Assembly: GCA_963705305.1 (NCBI GenBank)
Contig: OY970067.1
Coordinates: forward strand, 3,648,001-3,712,000
Direction: 5' to 3'
DNA: 64,000 nt
Source of the DNA: an uncultured Methylomirabilota bacterium
GTDB lineage: Bacteria; Methylomirabilota; Methylomirabilia; Methylomirabilales; 2-02-FULL-66-22
Of this stretch, positions 48,628-56,857 are shown piece by piece. How positions within the stretch are numbered: position 1 is the stretch's first letter; each line of letters opens with the position of its first letter. The position numbers were made by a program, and so were the translations under genes. The notes below the pieces were generated by a model. That model did not search any database. It saw nothing but the letters and a program-made list of their open reading frames with translations, and was not told where the DNA came from.

Positions 48628-48781
48628 CAGGCTGCTGAAAAAGGCCCATCTGCGGCGTTGGTGCGCTCCCGCGACGCTGCGACGTACCCGAAAGTACGTC
48701 TCGCGTCTCGGATCGCGCGCCGCCTTGCATCTGGACCTTTTTGATCAGCCTGGCGGAAAGATAGGGCTCTTCAGCACCCAA
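48628..48781 (-). mobile_element. MITE copy 4 (short variant)
   Basis: Reverse copy starting right after CTAA (the dcd stop); right flank CTGA. Confidence 0.8.
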
Positions 48782-48815
48782 CTGAGTGGGGGTTGTCGAG
48801 AAAGAAAGGGCAAAA

Positions 48816-49028
48816 ATGCGGATCGAGTTCGATGCGGATAGAGATCTGGTGACGGTGAGTCTCCTGCCCGATGTGCCAGTCGTCAACTCGAATGAAGTAG
48901 GCGGAATGGTCATCGGGCGGGCCGCCGACCATTGCATCGTGCACATCGCCATTTCGGGCGCCCGCGAGCGGATCGACCGAGAGCTTCAGAAGACGGTGGC
49001 GCTCGGCGCGGGCCCGTCCGGATCGTGA
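48816..49028 (+). CDS. DUF2283-like small protein
   Basis: 'MRIEFDADRDLVTVSL...NSNEV...IVHIAI' pattern. Confidence 0.55.
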   Translation: MRIEFDADRDLVTVSLLPDVPVVNSNEVGGMVIGRAADHCIVHIAISGARERIDRELQKTVALGAGPSGS

Positions 49029-49246
49029 GGGCAAGATGAGCGAATGTCCGCACGTTGGCCGATGGGCAGTCGGGCTCGATTGCGCCCCTGCCCCCCGCCC
49101 CTGTTCACAGGATCCGGGGCGGTCCCGCCGGTGCTCCGCCCGCATGCTGCGGCAGTGGGCCGATATCGTGCACGGGCTGTTTCCGCGCTGCGGCCAGCGC
49201 GGCGGGATGCGCCGGGGGCGAGGCCTGCGACGGACCGGGGCGGCGG

Positions 49247-49762
49247 GTGCGTCGTGACTGCGGGCCCTGCGTGATCCGGTCCTGGCGTTGGGAGGACGCC
49301 GCGGCGATCGTGCGGCACGCCAACAACCGGAAGGTCTGGATCCATCTCCAGGATGCCTTTCCATACCCCTACACCCTCGCGGATGCCGAGGAATTCCTGC
49401 GCAAGGCCCGCCGGGCCGACCCGGAGGCGCATTTTGCCATCGCGGTGGGCGAGGAGGCGGTGGGGGCCATCGGCCTCAGGGTGGGGGAAGACATCTACTA
49501 CCGCTCTGCCGAGATCGGCTACTGGCTCGGCGAGGCGTACTGGGGCCGGGGAATCGCGACGGCCGCCCTGAAATCGCTCACCGAGTACGCCGTCGCTGCC
49601 CTGAAGCTCTGCCGGGTGTTCGGGCTGCCCTTCACCGACAACGTGGCGTCGTGTCGCGTCCTGGAAAAGGCCGGATACGTGCGCGAGGCCATCCTGCGGC
49701 GGAGCGCGGTCAAGGACGGGGTCATCAAGGACCAGGCCCTGTACGCCTTCGTGGTGGAGTAG
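49247..49762 (+). CDS. RimJ/RimL-type GNAT acetyltransferase
   Basis: 'LQDAFPYPYT', 'AEIGYWLGEAYWGRGIAT', 'NVASCRVLEKAGY'. Start uncertain. Confidence 0.9.
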   Translation: MRRDCGPCVIRSWRWEDAAAIVRHANNRKVWIHLQDAFPYPYTLADAEEFLRKARRADPEAHFAIAVGEEAVGAIGLRVGEDIYYRSAEIGYWLGEAYWGRGIATAALKSLTEYAVAALKLCRVFGLPFTDNVASCRVLEKAGYVREAILRRSAVKDGVIKDQALYAFVVE

Positions 49763-49801
49763 CGGCAGACGTGATGCGTCCCGCGACCCCCGCCGGCGGG
49801 A

Positions 49802-51676
49802 TCAGAACTCCCGCAGCGACTCGTGGGTCCCCTTGTGGACCTCGTACCAGAAGGCCAGCGCCGCCTCCCCCCGATCCTTCTCGAAATCCTCGACCCACTT
49901 GGCCAGCGACACGTCCTTGTCTCCCTCCACCACCTGCTTTCGCTTCAGGAAGGTGGAGACGAGATCCACATTGCGCTCCGACTCCCAGAAGACGGAGGCG
50001 TTCCGGCTGTTGATGCGGCTGGCGGTGGTCCCGATCCGGTGGAGGAAGGCCTCCTTCTGACCGAAGAGGGTCCCGACGATCTCGGGCAGCATCTCCTCGG
50101 CCCACATGCGGTGAAAGCGGCACATCCCCAGGTTGTCCATGATCAGCTCGTCGCGGAAGTGCTGGGCGTTGATGCGCCCCAGCTTTCGCGGAGGCATGAA
50201 CTCGGCGCCGTAGTAGTTGTAGTACTTTCCCATGATGGCCATGGGGGAGAGGACGCCCGGCGTCCAGTACTGGTTGGGCACCATCCAGCCCTTGCGGCCG
50301 AAGGCGGTGAACACAAAGGGGTCCAGAACCTTCCGGCCCCTCTCCCGCGCCAGCCGCCGCGCCAGCTTGCGCGCCCCTTCCGTCAGGTCGAGCACGCCCC
50401 GCTTGCCGATGATGGCGTCCAGGAGCTCGACCCCCAGGTCGGCGTTGTGCGCGGAATCGGATTCCACGCTGAATCCCTTAGGGGAGAAGACGGGGCGGCG
50501 GCTTGCGCCCAGGTCTTCCGGCCGCAGCCGATCCGTCGCCAGGCACTCCATGAGCCAGCCCAGGACCCCGCCGATGGAAATAGCGTCAAAGCCATAGGCG
50601 TCGGCATGGTGGTTCAGCTTTTCGGCGGCGCGCTGGTCGAAGATCCCGCACAGCGGGCCCATGGCCTGATACGGCTCGTAGTCCTTTTTGTACTCGTCCC
50701 GCATCTTCTTGCACACGGCCGAGCACGGCTCGCCGCAGGTGTGCTGCTGCTTGCGCTCGATGGTCTCCTCGTTGAACTGCTGCAGATAGTGGTCCACGAT
50801 GAGCTTCTGGTGCAAATCCAGCCGCTCTTCCTCGGAGAGAAAAATGCTGGAGTAGTTGAAGCCGATGATCCGGCCTCCCAGGGTGGCATAGTTGACGCCG
50901 AGCGTCCCCCCGGTGTTGAACTTTGGATCGAAGCGGTACTTCACGGTGGCGTCAAGATCGGCGGCGCCAAGCTTCTTTTGGTACTTGTCCTCGAACCACT
51001 GGTCGGCCACCTTCCGGTCGCGGAAGTCCTCGTCCACGAACGTCCCGCCGTAGATGACGGCGGCGATGCCGTGCTGCTGGAGCATCTTGCTGCCGAAGCC
51101 GCCCCGTCCGGCCCAGGTATCCACGCGGGCCAGTTGGGCGTGTGAGATCGGGACCGAGCCGATGGCGCCGAAATCGGTCGCCTGCGCCGCGGGGCCGACG
51201 GCCAGGACGCGCGGGTCGGTCATGTAGCGGCCGCCGAAGCGCTCGAAGGTGTGGTCCAGCAGCGCGTAGATTCCCCCCCGGCCCTGGTTCCAGACCGCCG
51301 TGACGTCCACGGGGACGATCTGCACCTCGACCTCCTCCCCGTGCACGCGGTTGAGATACAGGATGGAAGGTGTGGGAGCCTTGCCGACGAGGGACACCAT
51401 GTTGATGCCAAGGTTATCGAAGACCAGACCTGCCCCGCCCATGGACGAGACGTAGAAACCGCCCCAGCAGGGTGAGAAGCCGGTGAAGATGAGCCGATTG
51501 GAGCCGGGGAAGATGGAGCCGGCCAACAGCCCCACGCCGATGTTCAGACTGTTGTGTTTCCCGGCCAGGTGGAGGCCCAGGTCGACCGGGCCGAAGAAGT
51601 CCCCCACGCGATATCGCGCAATCCGGTAGAATCCGCTGGCGGCGTCGACGAAGAGAACCCGCTGATGACCATCCAT
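49802..51676 (-). CDS. aldehyde:ferredoxin oxidoreductase family enzyme, GAPOR-like
   Basis: 'SPCWGGFYVSSMGGAG', 'AGRGGFGS', 'KYRFDP...GGTLG.NY', 'CGEPCSAVCKK', 'DYEPY', 'GFDAIS', 'DNLGMCRFHR.W'. Confidence 0.85.
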   Translation of the reverse strand: MDGHQRVLFVDAASGFYRIARYRVGDFFGPVDLGLHLAGKHNSLNIGVGLLAGSIFPGSNRLIFTGFSPCWGGFYVSSMGGAGLVFDNLGINMVSLVGKAPTPSILYLNRVHGEEVEVQIVPVDVTAVWNQGRGGIYALLDHTFERFGGRYMTDPRVLAVGPAAQATDFGAIGSVPISHAQLARVDTWAGRGGFGSKMLQQHGIAAVIYGGTFVDEDFRDRKVADQWFEDKYQKKLGAADLDATVKYRFDPKFNTGGTLGVNYATLGGRIIGFNYSSIFLSEEERLDLHQKLIVDHYLQQFNEETIERKQQHTCGEPCSAVCKKMRDEYKKDYEPYQAMGPLCGIFDQRAAEKLNHHADAYGFDAISIGGVLGWLMECLATDRLRPEDLGASRRPVFSPKGFSVESDSAHNADLGVELLDAIIGKRGVLDLTEGARKLARRLARERGRKVLDPFVFTAFGRKGWMVPNQYWTPGVLSPMAIMGKYYNYYGAEFMPPRKLGRINAQHFRDELIMDNLGMCRFHRMWAEEMLPEIVGTLFGQKEAFLHRIGTTASRINSRNASVFWESERNVDLVSTFLKRKQVVEGDKDVSLAKWVEDFEKDRGEAALAFWYEVHKGTHESLREF

Positions 51677-51762
51677 GCGCGCATTCCTTTCATGGGCGAG
51701 GCGAGCGGCATCCGCGCCGGTGCGCCCCCACCCGCCCTTTAGCCGCATTCCGAAAATATCTG

Positions 51763-51907
51763 ACCGCCAAGGCGCCAAGGATGGCATGGCTGGGATAGGC
51801 GGACACCCCGCGACTCGAGCCGCGTCAAGCCCCCCCCGGGACGTTCCGGAGCACGGAGTCGAGCCAGCTGAACTCGATGGAGCGTGAAACCTTGGCGTCA
51901 TGGCGGT
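51763..51907. repeat. 18-bp inverted repeat pair of ACCGCCAAG-type units
   Basis: ACCGCCAAGGCGCCAAGG (51763) versus CCTTGGCGTCATGGCGGT (51890); 16 of 18 positions complementary. Confidence 0.65.
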
Positions 51908-52141
51908 TCAAAAGTTTCTTCGGTTCAAGGCTAGATGCTACAGGATTTTCTGTGCGGGCGGCAAGGCGAAAGCGGGGTGAAGCGATCGCGCCAGGTCGAG
52001 GCCGTTGCCGCAGCCGGCCCGCTGTGTTACGCTGCAGGGGCGCGCGTCCCGGGGGAAGGGGCCACCGGCCTGCTTGTCCCGCGCGAAGCCTGCGGCCCCC
52101 GACCGCGTTCCCGGGGGGACGCTCAGACCAGGAGGGTGGCG

Positions 52142-53008
52142 ATGGAGAAACGGCGCTTGGGCCGGACAGGGCAGATGAGCACGGTGGTGGCGCTGGGGGC
52201 GGTCAGTGTCGGCCGGGTGGAGCAGGAAGTGGCGGACCCGGCCATTCAGATGGTGCTGGATCACGGGGTCAACCATTTCGATGTGGCCCCGCGCTACGGC
52301 GAGGCCGAGGTGCGCCTCAAGCCCTGGATGCCCCGCATCCGGAAGCAGATCTTCCTGGGCTGCAAGACCGCACAGCGGACGCGGGACGCCGCCCGGGCCG
52401 AGATGGAGCGCTCGCTGGCGCGCCTCGGCACGGACCGCTTCGATTTGTACCAGCTGCACGCCGTCTGCAAGCTGCCCGAGCTGGACGAGTGCACCGGGAA
52501 AGGGGGCGCCCTGGAGACGCTGATCGAGGCGCGCGAGCAGGGCATCACCAAGTGGCTGGGGATCACGGGGCACACCCATGACGCGCCGCGAACCCATCTG
52601 GAGGCGTTGCGGCGATTCGACTTCGACACCGTGATGTTTCCGCTGAATTTCGTCCTCTGGGCCGACCCGAGCTATCGCCGGGACGTGCAGGCGCTCCTGG
52701 AGGTCTGCCGGCAGCGAGACGTCGGGGTGCACATCATCAAGTCCGTCGCCAAGGACTCGTGGGGAGACCGCCCCCACCGCTTTGCGACCTGGTACGAGCC
52801 GTTCACGGACCAGGCGGTGATCGACCAGGCGGTGGCCTTCGTCCTCTCGCAGTCGGTCACCACCCTGTGCAGCGTAGGGGATGTGACCATCCTGCCCAAG
52901 GTACTCTCGGCAGCCGAGCGGTTCCGGCCCATGGATCCGGCCGCGCAAGAGGCGCTCCTGGCCACGGCGGACCGGTACCACTCCCCCTTCGTCGGAACCT
53001 GGGCCTGA
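52142..53008 (+). CDS. aldo/keto reductase
   Basis: 'RRLGRTG', 'NHFDVAPRYG', 'SLARLGTDRFDLYQLH', 'GITGH'. Confidence 0.92.
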   Translation: MEKRRLGRTGQMSTVVALGAVSVGRVEQEVADPAIQMVLDHGVNHFDVAPRYGEAEVRLKPWMPRIRKQIFLGCKTAQRTRDAARAEMERSLARLGTDRFDLYQLHAVCKLPELDECTGKGGALETLIEAREQGITKWLGITGHTHDAPRTHLEALRRFDFDTVMFPLNFVLWADPSYRRDVQALLEVCRQRDVGVHIIKSVAKDSWGDRPHRFATWYEPFTDQAVIDQAVAFVLSQSVTTLCSVGDVTILPKVLSAAERFRPMDPAAQEALLATADRYHSPFVGTWA

Positions 53009-53054
53009 GGCCGGGATCGGGGGCGCCACGAGCGCCGGCCGGGAGAGCAGACGC

Positions 53055-53390
53055 ATGGACACCCATCGGGAAGCGAAGCCGCCGTACGAGGTGGAGCGCT
53101 CTGCCCGGCACGCCGAGCGGCCGGGATTCCGCATCACCGAGCTCCAGATCGGATTGCACCAGACGGTCCCCTGGCATCTTCACACCGGGGTCCGGGACAC
53201 CTTCTACGTCCTGGAGGGCCGCATCGGCATTCGGCTGCGGGATCCCGAGGAGGAGATCCGGCTGGCACAGGGGGAAACGCACACGGTTCAGGCCGGGCGG
53301 CCCCATCAGGTGCGGAATGTCGGCGAGGGATCCGCTGTGTTCCTGATCCTGCAGGGCTTCGGCGAGTACGATTTCGTTCCCGTGCCGTGA
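53055..53390 (+). CDS. cupin domain protein
   Basis: 'VPWHLH...DTFYVLEG', 'PHQVRN'. Confidence 0.88.
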   Translation: MDTHREAKPPYEVERSARHAERPGFRITELQIGLHQTVPWHLHTGVRDTFYVLEGRIGIRLRDPEEEIRLAQGETHTVQAGRPHQVRNVGEGSAVFLILQGFGEYDFVPVP

Positions 53391-53478
53391 GGGGCTGTCG
53401 TAGGCCCCGGCGGTCCGCGGCCGCGGCGGCATGCGCAGGCCGCGCCGGACACGGGGTAGAAGGAGGGGTCGCACCCGG

Positions 53479-54099
53479 ATGGACATTCTCCCCCTGCTGG
53501 ACGAGCTGCAGGCCCTGGCGCGCACGGGACTCAATTACACGACCGACCCCTACGACCGGGAGCGCTACCAGCGGATCCTGAATCTGGTGAGCCGCCACTA
53601 CGGAGCGATTCTGGACCTGCCGACCGCCGAAGTGCTGGGGCGCTTCCGGACCGAGCTGGGCTACATCACGCCCAAGGTCGGGGCCGAGGCGGCCCTCTTC
53701 GACGAGGACGGCCGCATTCTGCTGGTGCGACGTTCGGACGACGGCCTCTGGTGCCTGCCCTGCGGCTGGGTGGAGCCGGGGGAGTCGCCGGCGGAGGCCG
53801 CCGTGCGCGAGGCGCGGGAGGAGACAGGGCTCCAAGTACGCATCCTCCGGCTGGTGGATGTCTCCACCCGCAAGCCTGCCATGGGGTACGGGCCGCACAC
53901 GGCGATCGCCGTGATCTATCTGTGTGCCGCAGCCGGCGGGTCGCTCTGTGGCTCGCACGAGACGACGGACGCGCGGTACTGGCGGATCGAGGAAGTTCCC
54001 GCCTGGCACGAGCTCCACCGGGGGTATGCCGAGGCCGCCCGCGCCGCCTGGGAGGGATGGCGGGCGGAGCGGGCCGGCGATGGAAAACCGTCAATTTAA
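53479..54099 (+). CDS. Nudix hydrolase with N-terminal helical domain
   Basis: '[16 protein letters not shown]', 'GYITPKV', Nudix box [22 protein letters not shown]. Confidence 0.92.
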   Translation: MDILPLLDELQALARTGLNYTTDPYDRERYQRILNLVSRHYGAILDLPTAEVLGRFRTELGYITPKVGAEAALFDEDGRILLVRRSDDGLWCLPCGWVEPGESPAEAAVREAREETGLQVRILRLVDVSTRKPAMGYGPHTAIAVIYLCAAAGGSLCGSHETTDARYWRIEEVPAWHELHRGYAEAARAAWEGWRAERAGDGKPSI

Positions 54100-54196
54100 A
54101 ACCGACGATGCAAAACCGACAACCGAGGAACGGAAGCCGGCCAAGAGGAAACATCGACAGCCGACGATGGATAGAGGACCGACAGGTGACAACCGA
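54080..54196 (+). repeat. heptamer-based element (AAAACCGAC family)
   Basis: TGGAAAACCGTC, TAAAACCGAC, TGCAAAACCGAC, AACCGAG units; overlaps the Nudix stop. Confidence 0.65.
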
Positions 54197-54247
54197 TCCG
54201 CGCGTGGTGGAATAACCGGTTAATGAGGTGGTCCGGGAGGGAGGGGT

Positions 54248-55432
54248 ATGGACTGGCAGTCCAAGTACGCTAAGAGGATGGAGCGGGTCCAGCCGTCAGC
54301 CATCATGGCTCTGGTCAAGGTGCTGGGCGAACGGCAGGTGGTGAATTTCGCATCGGGCCTGCCGGATCCGGCCGGGTTCCCCGTGGAGACGCTCCGATCG
54401 CTTGCCGCCGAGATCCTGGAGACGGACTGGCGGGCAGGCCTGCAATACGGCGAGGCGGAAGGGTACCGGCCGCTCCGCGAGTGGGTGGCCGCCGATCTCA
54501 GCCTGCGGGGCGCCCCCACATCGGCGGAGCAGGTCTTGATCGTCAGCGGCTCGCAGCAGGGGATCGATCTCGTCGGCCGCGCCTTCCTCCAGCAGGGAGA
54601 CGTGGTCCTCACCGAGGATCCCAGCTACCTGGCGGCCCTGCAAGTCTTCGGCTCGTTCGAGGCCAGCATTCGACCGCTGCCCATGGACGGTCAAGGACTC
54701 GATCCCGAGGCGGCTGCGGCGGCCCTCTCGCAGGCGGGGGTCAAGCTGCTCTATACCATGCCGAACCATCAGAACCCCTCCGGCATCACGCCGGCCCCGG
54801 AGCGGCGCCGAGGCCTGCTCGAGGCCGCCGCCAGGGCCGGCGTGCCCGTGTTGGCCGACGAGGCCTATCTTCATCTCCGTTACGACGCCGGTGAGCCGGA
54901 GCCGCTGGCGGCATGCGATCCGGACGTCCCCATCATCACCGCGGGCACGTTCAGTAAGATTATCGCCCCCGGAATGCGGGTGGCTTGGCTGGCCGGCCCG
55001 CAAGCGGTGATCCAGCGTCTGGCACTGGTGAAGCAGGTCACCGATCTCCACACCAATTCTTTCGCCCAACGGTTGGTGCATCGCTGCGTTTCCACGATGG
55101 ACCTCTCGGCTCACGTGAAAAGACTGCGGGACGCCTTCCGGGAAAAGCGGGATGCCTTCCTGCTCGCGCTGGATGTGCATCTGGCGGGGCAGGCCACCTG
55201 GACCCGCCCGGCAGGCGGGATGTTTCTCCTGCTGTGCCTCCCCCAGGGGCGGTCGGCCACCAAGCTGCTCGAAAAGGCGCTGGATCATGGGGTAGCCTAT
55301 GTTCCCGGCGCTGATTTCTTCCCGGCCGGCGGCGGGGAGAACAGCATGCGCTTGAACTTTCTGAGCCCCCCGCTCTCGGATATCGATGAGGGAGTGGCAA
55401 GACTATCAAAGGCTGTTAAAATTGATAGTTAG
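54248..55432 (+). CDS. PLP-dependent aminotransferase class I/II (LysN/ARO8-like)
   Basis: 'NFASGLPD', 'LQYG..EGY', 'GSQQGID', 'QNPSG', 'DEAY', 'GTFSKIIAPGMRV', 'MRLNF'. Confidence 0.93.
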   Translation: MDWQSKYAKRMERVQPSAIMALVKVLGERQVVNFASGLPDPAGFPVETLRSLAAEILETDWRAGLQYGEAEGYRPLREWVAADLSLRGAPTSAEQVLIVSGSQQGIDLVGRAFLQQGDVVLTEDPSYLAALQVFGSFEASIRPLPMDGQGLDPEAAAAALSQAGVKLLYTMPNHQNPSGITPAPERRRGLLEAAARAGVPVLADEAYLHLRYDAGEPEPLAACDPDVPIITAGTFSKIIAPGMRVAWLAGPQAVIQRLALVKQVTDLHTNSFAQRLVHRCVSTMDLSAHVKRLRDAFREKRDAFLLALDVHLAGQATWTRPAGGMFLLLCLPQGRSATKLLEKALDHGVAYVPGADFFPAGGGENSMRLNFLSPPLSDIDEGVARLSKAVKIDS

Positions 55433-55682
55433 GATGCTCACTTCTAGTTGATTTTGAAAAATATCACCGTTAACATTTGGATAATGAACAGGAGTTAAGT
55501 TGATTCGAATATTTTCGTTGTGTATCGTTTAATAGACATTAGGTAATCTTCATATCATATTTAAAATAAATGATTAAAATAGTATTATGATTGAGCTTGA
55601 TTTGGACGACATGCATGTATCTTAACGTCGGTGGAGGAATCACGCACAGTTGCCACGGAGAACAAGCGGAGACAGCCAGCCG

Positions 55683-56561
55683 ATGATCCGAATCACGCGA
55701 GATCACATCGTGTACTCGCTGGACAAAGCCCATCCGCCGGTGGCCGCCATCGACCCGGGGGATGAGGTCTGCTTCGAGACCTGGGACGCCCGAACAGGAT
55801 CCATCAAGACCGAGTGGGACCTGCTGGACACACCCCACCCCATGGGTCCGAATCCGGCGACCGGCCCCGTCTTTGTGCGCGGCGCCGAGCCGGGAGATGC
55901 CCTGGTCGTCAGCATTCTGGACATCAGCCTGGCCGGCCAGGGCTACACGGGCACCCGACCCGGCCGGGGTGTCCTGGGGCACCTCATCAGCCGTCACCGC
56001 ACCAGGCTCTTTCCCATCGTGGATGGGATGGTGATGTTCAGCGAGCGCATCCATTTTCCGGTCCGGCCCATGGTCGGCGTGATCGGCACGGCGCCGGCCG
56101 GAGATGGGGTGGGCACCCTGTATCCCGGCACCCACGGCGGCAACATGGACCATAACGATGTGTGTGTGGGCGCCACGGTGCATCTGCCGGTGCGGGTTCC
56201 CGGAGGACAGCTGTTCATCGGCAACGTCCACGCCAGCATGGGGGACGGCGAGATCTCGATCACCGCCCTGGAGATTCCCGGCGAGGTCCGGGTCCGCGTG
56301 GATCTGCGGAGAGGCGAGGAGATCCCACGGCCGTGGATCGAATTCCCGGATCGCTGGATCACGACCGGGGACGGGCCGGGGATCACCGAGGCCGTGCGCG
56401 TGGCCGCCGAGGAGATGGCCTCCCTGCTCATGCGCCGTCTGAACCTCTCGGCCGACGAGGCCTACATGCTCCTCTCCATCCGGGGCGACGTTCGGGTGTC
56501 GCAGTGCGCCGAGCCGGCGATGCTGGCCGCCACCGCGCGCGTGGTCATGCCGCGGCTCTGA
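55683..56561 (+). CDS. acetamidase/formamidase family protein
   Basis: 'NPATGPVFVRGAEPGDAL', 'PMVGVIG.AP', 'HGGNMD', 'HASMGDGEI', 'EAYMLLS'. Confidence 0.9.
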   Translation: MIRITRDHIVYSLDKAHPPVAAIDPGDEVCFETWDARTGSIKTEWDLLDTPHPMGPNPATGPVFVRGAEPGDALVVSILDISLAGQGYTGTRPGRGVLGHLISRHRTRLFPIVDGMVMFSERIHFPVRPMVGVIGTAPAGDGVGTLYPGTHGGNMDHNDVCVGATVHLPVRVPGGQLFIGNVHASMGDGEISITALEIPGEVRVRVDLRRGEEIPRPWIEFPDRWITTGDGPGITEAVRVAAEEMASLLMRRLNLSADEAYMLLSIRGDVRVSQCAEPAMLAATARVVMPRL

Positions 56562-56581
56562 CGCCGCCCCGTCGGGTCATC

Positions 56582-56857
56582 ATGCCGTTCGTCTATCTCT
56601 TGCAGTGTCGCGACGGCTCCCTCTACACGGGCGTCACCACGGACCTGGCGCGCCGCCTGGCGGAGCACGCGGCGGGGCGCGGCTCGCGCTATACGCGGGC
56701 GCGCCTGCCGGTTGTCCTGGTCTGGAGCCGCCGCCGGGCCTCCTGGAGCGCGGCCCTGCGCGAGGAATCTCGGATCAAGCGCTTGCCGCGCTCGGCAAAG
56801 CTGCTCCTGGTGTCGGGTCGGCAGAAGGCCCGGGGGCGTGCGCGGAGCGCCACGTGA
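56582..56857 (+). CDS. GIY-YIG nuclease (YhbQ/YazA-like)
   Basis: 'FVYLLQCRDGSLYTGVTTDLARRL..H..G.GSRYTR', 'ALREE.RIK'. Confidence 0.92.
   Translation: MPFVYLLQCRDGSLYTGVTTDLARRLAEHAAGRGSRYTRARLPVVLVWSRRRASWSAALREESRIKRLPRSAKLLLVSGRQKARGRARSAT

Noticed and set aside
49036..49257. 73-aa ORF before the GNAT gene
   Set aside because: Plausible ATG but low-complexity sequence with no family resemblance; cannot be supported.
55433..55630. Replication origin
   Set aside because: AT-rich, but no TTATCCACA cluster and no dnaA/dnaN/gid context.
56582..56857. GIY-YIG gene as a homing endonuclease or mobile element
   Set aside because: Short stand-alone YhbQ-like form coupled to housekeeping genes, with no intron or intein context.
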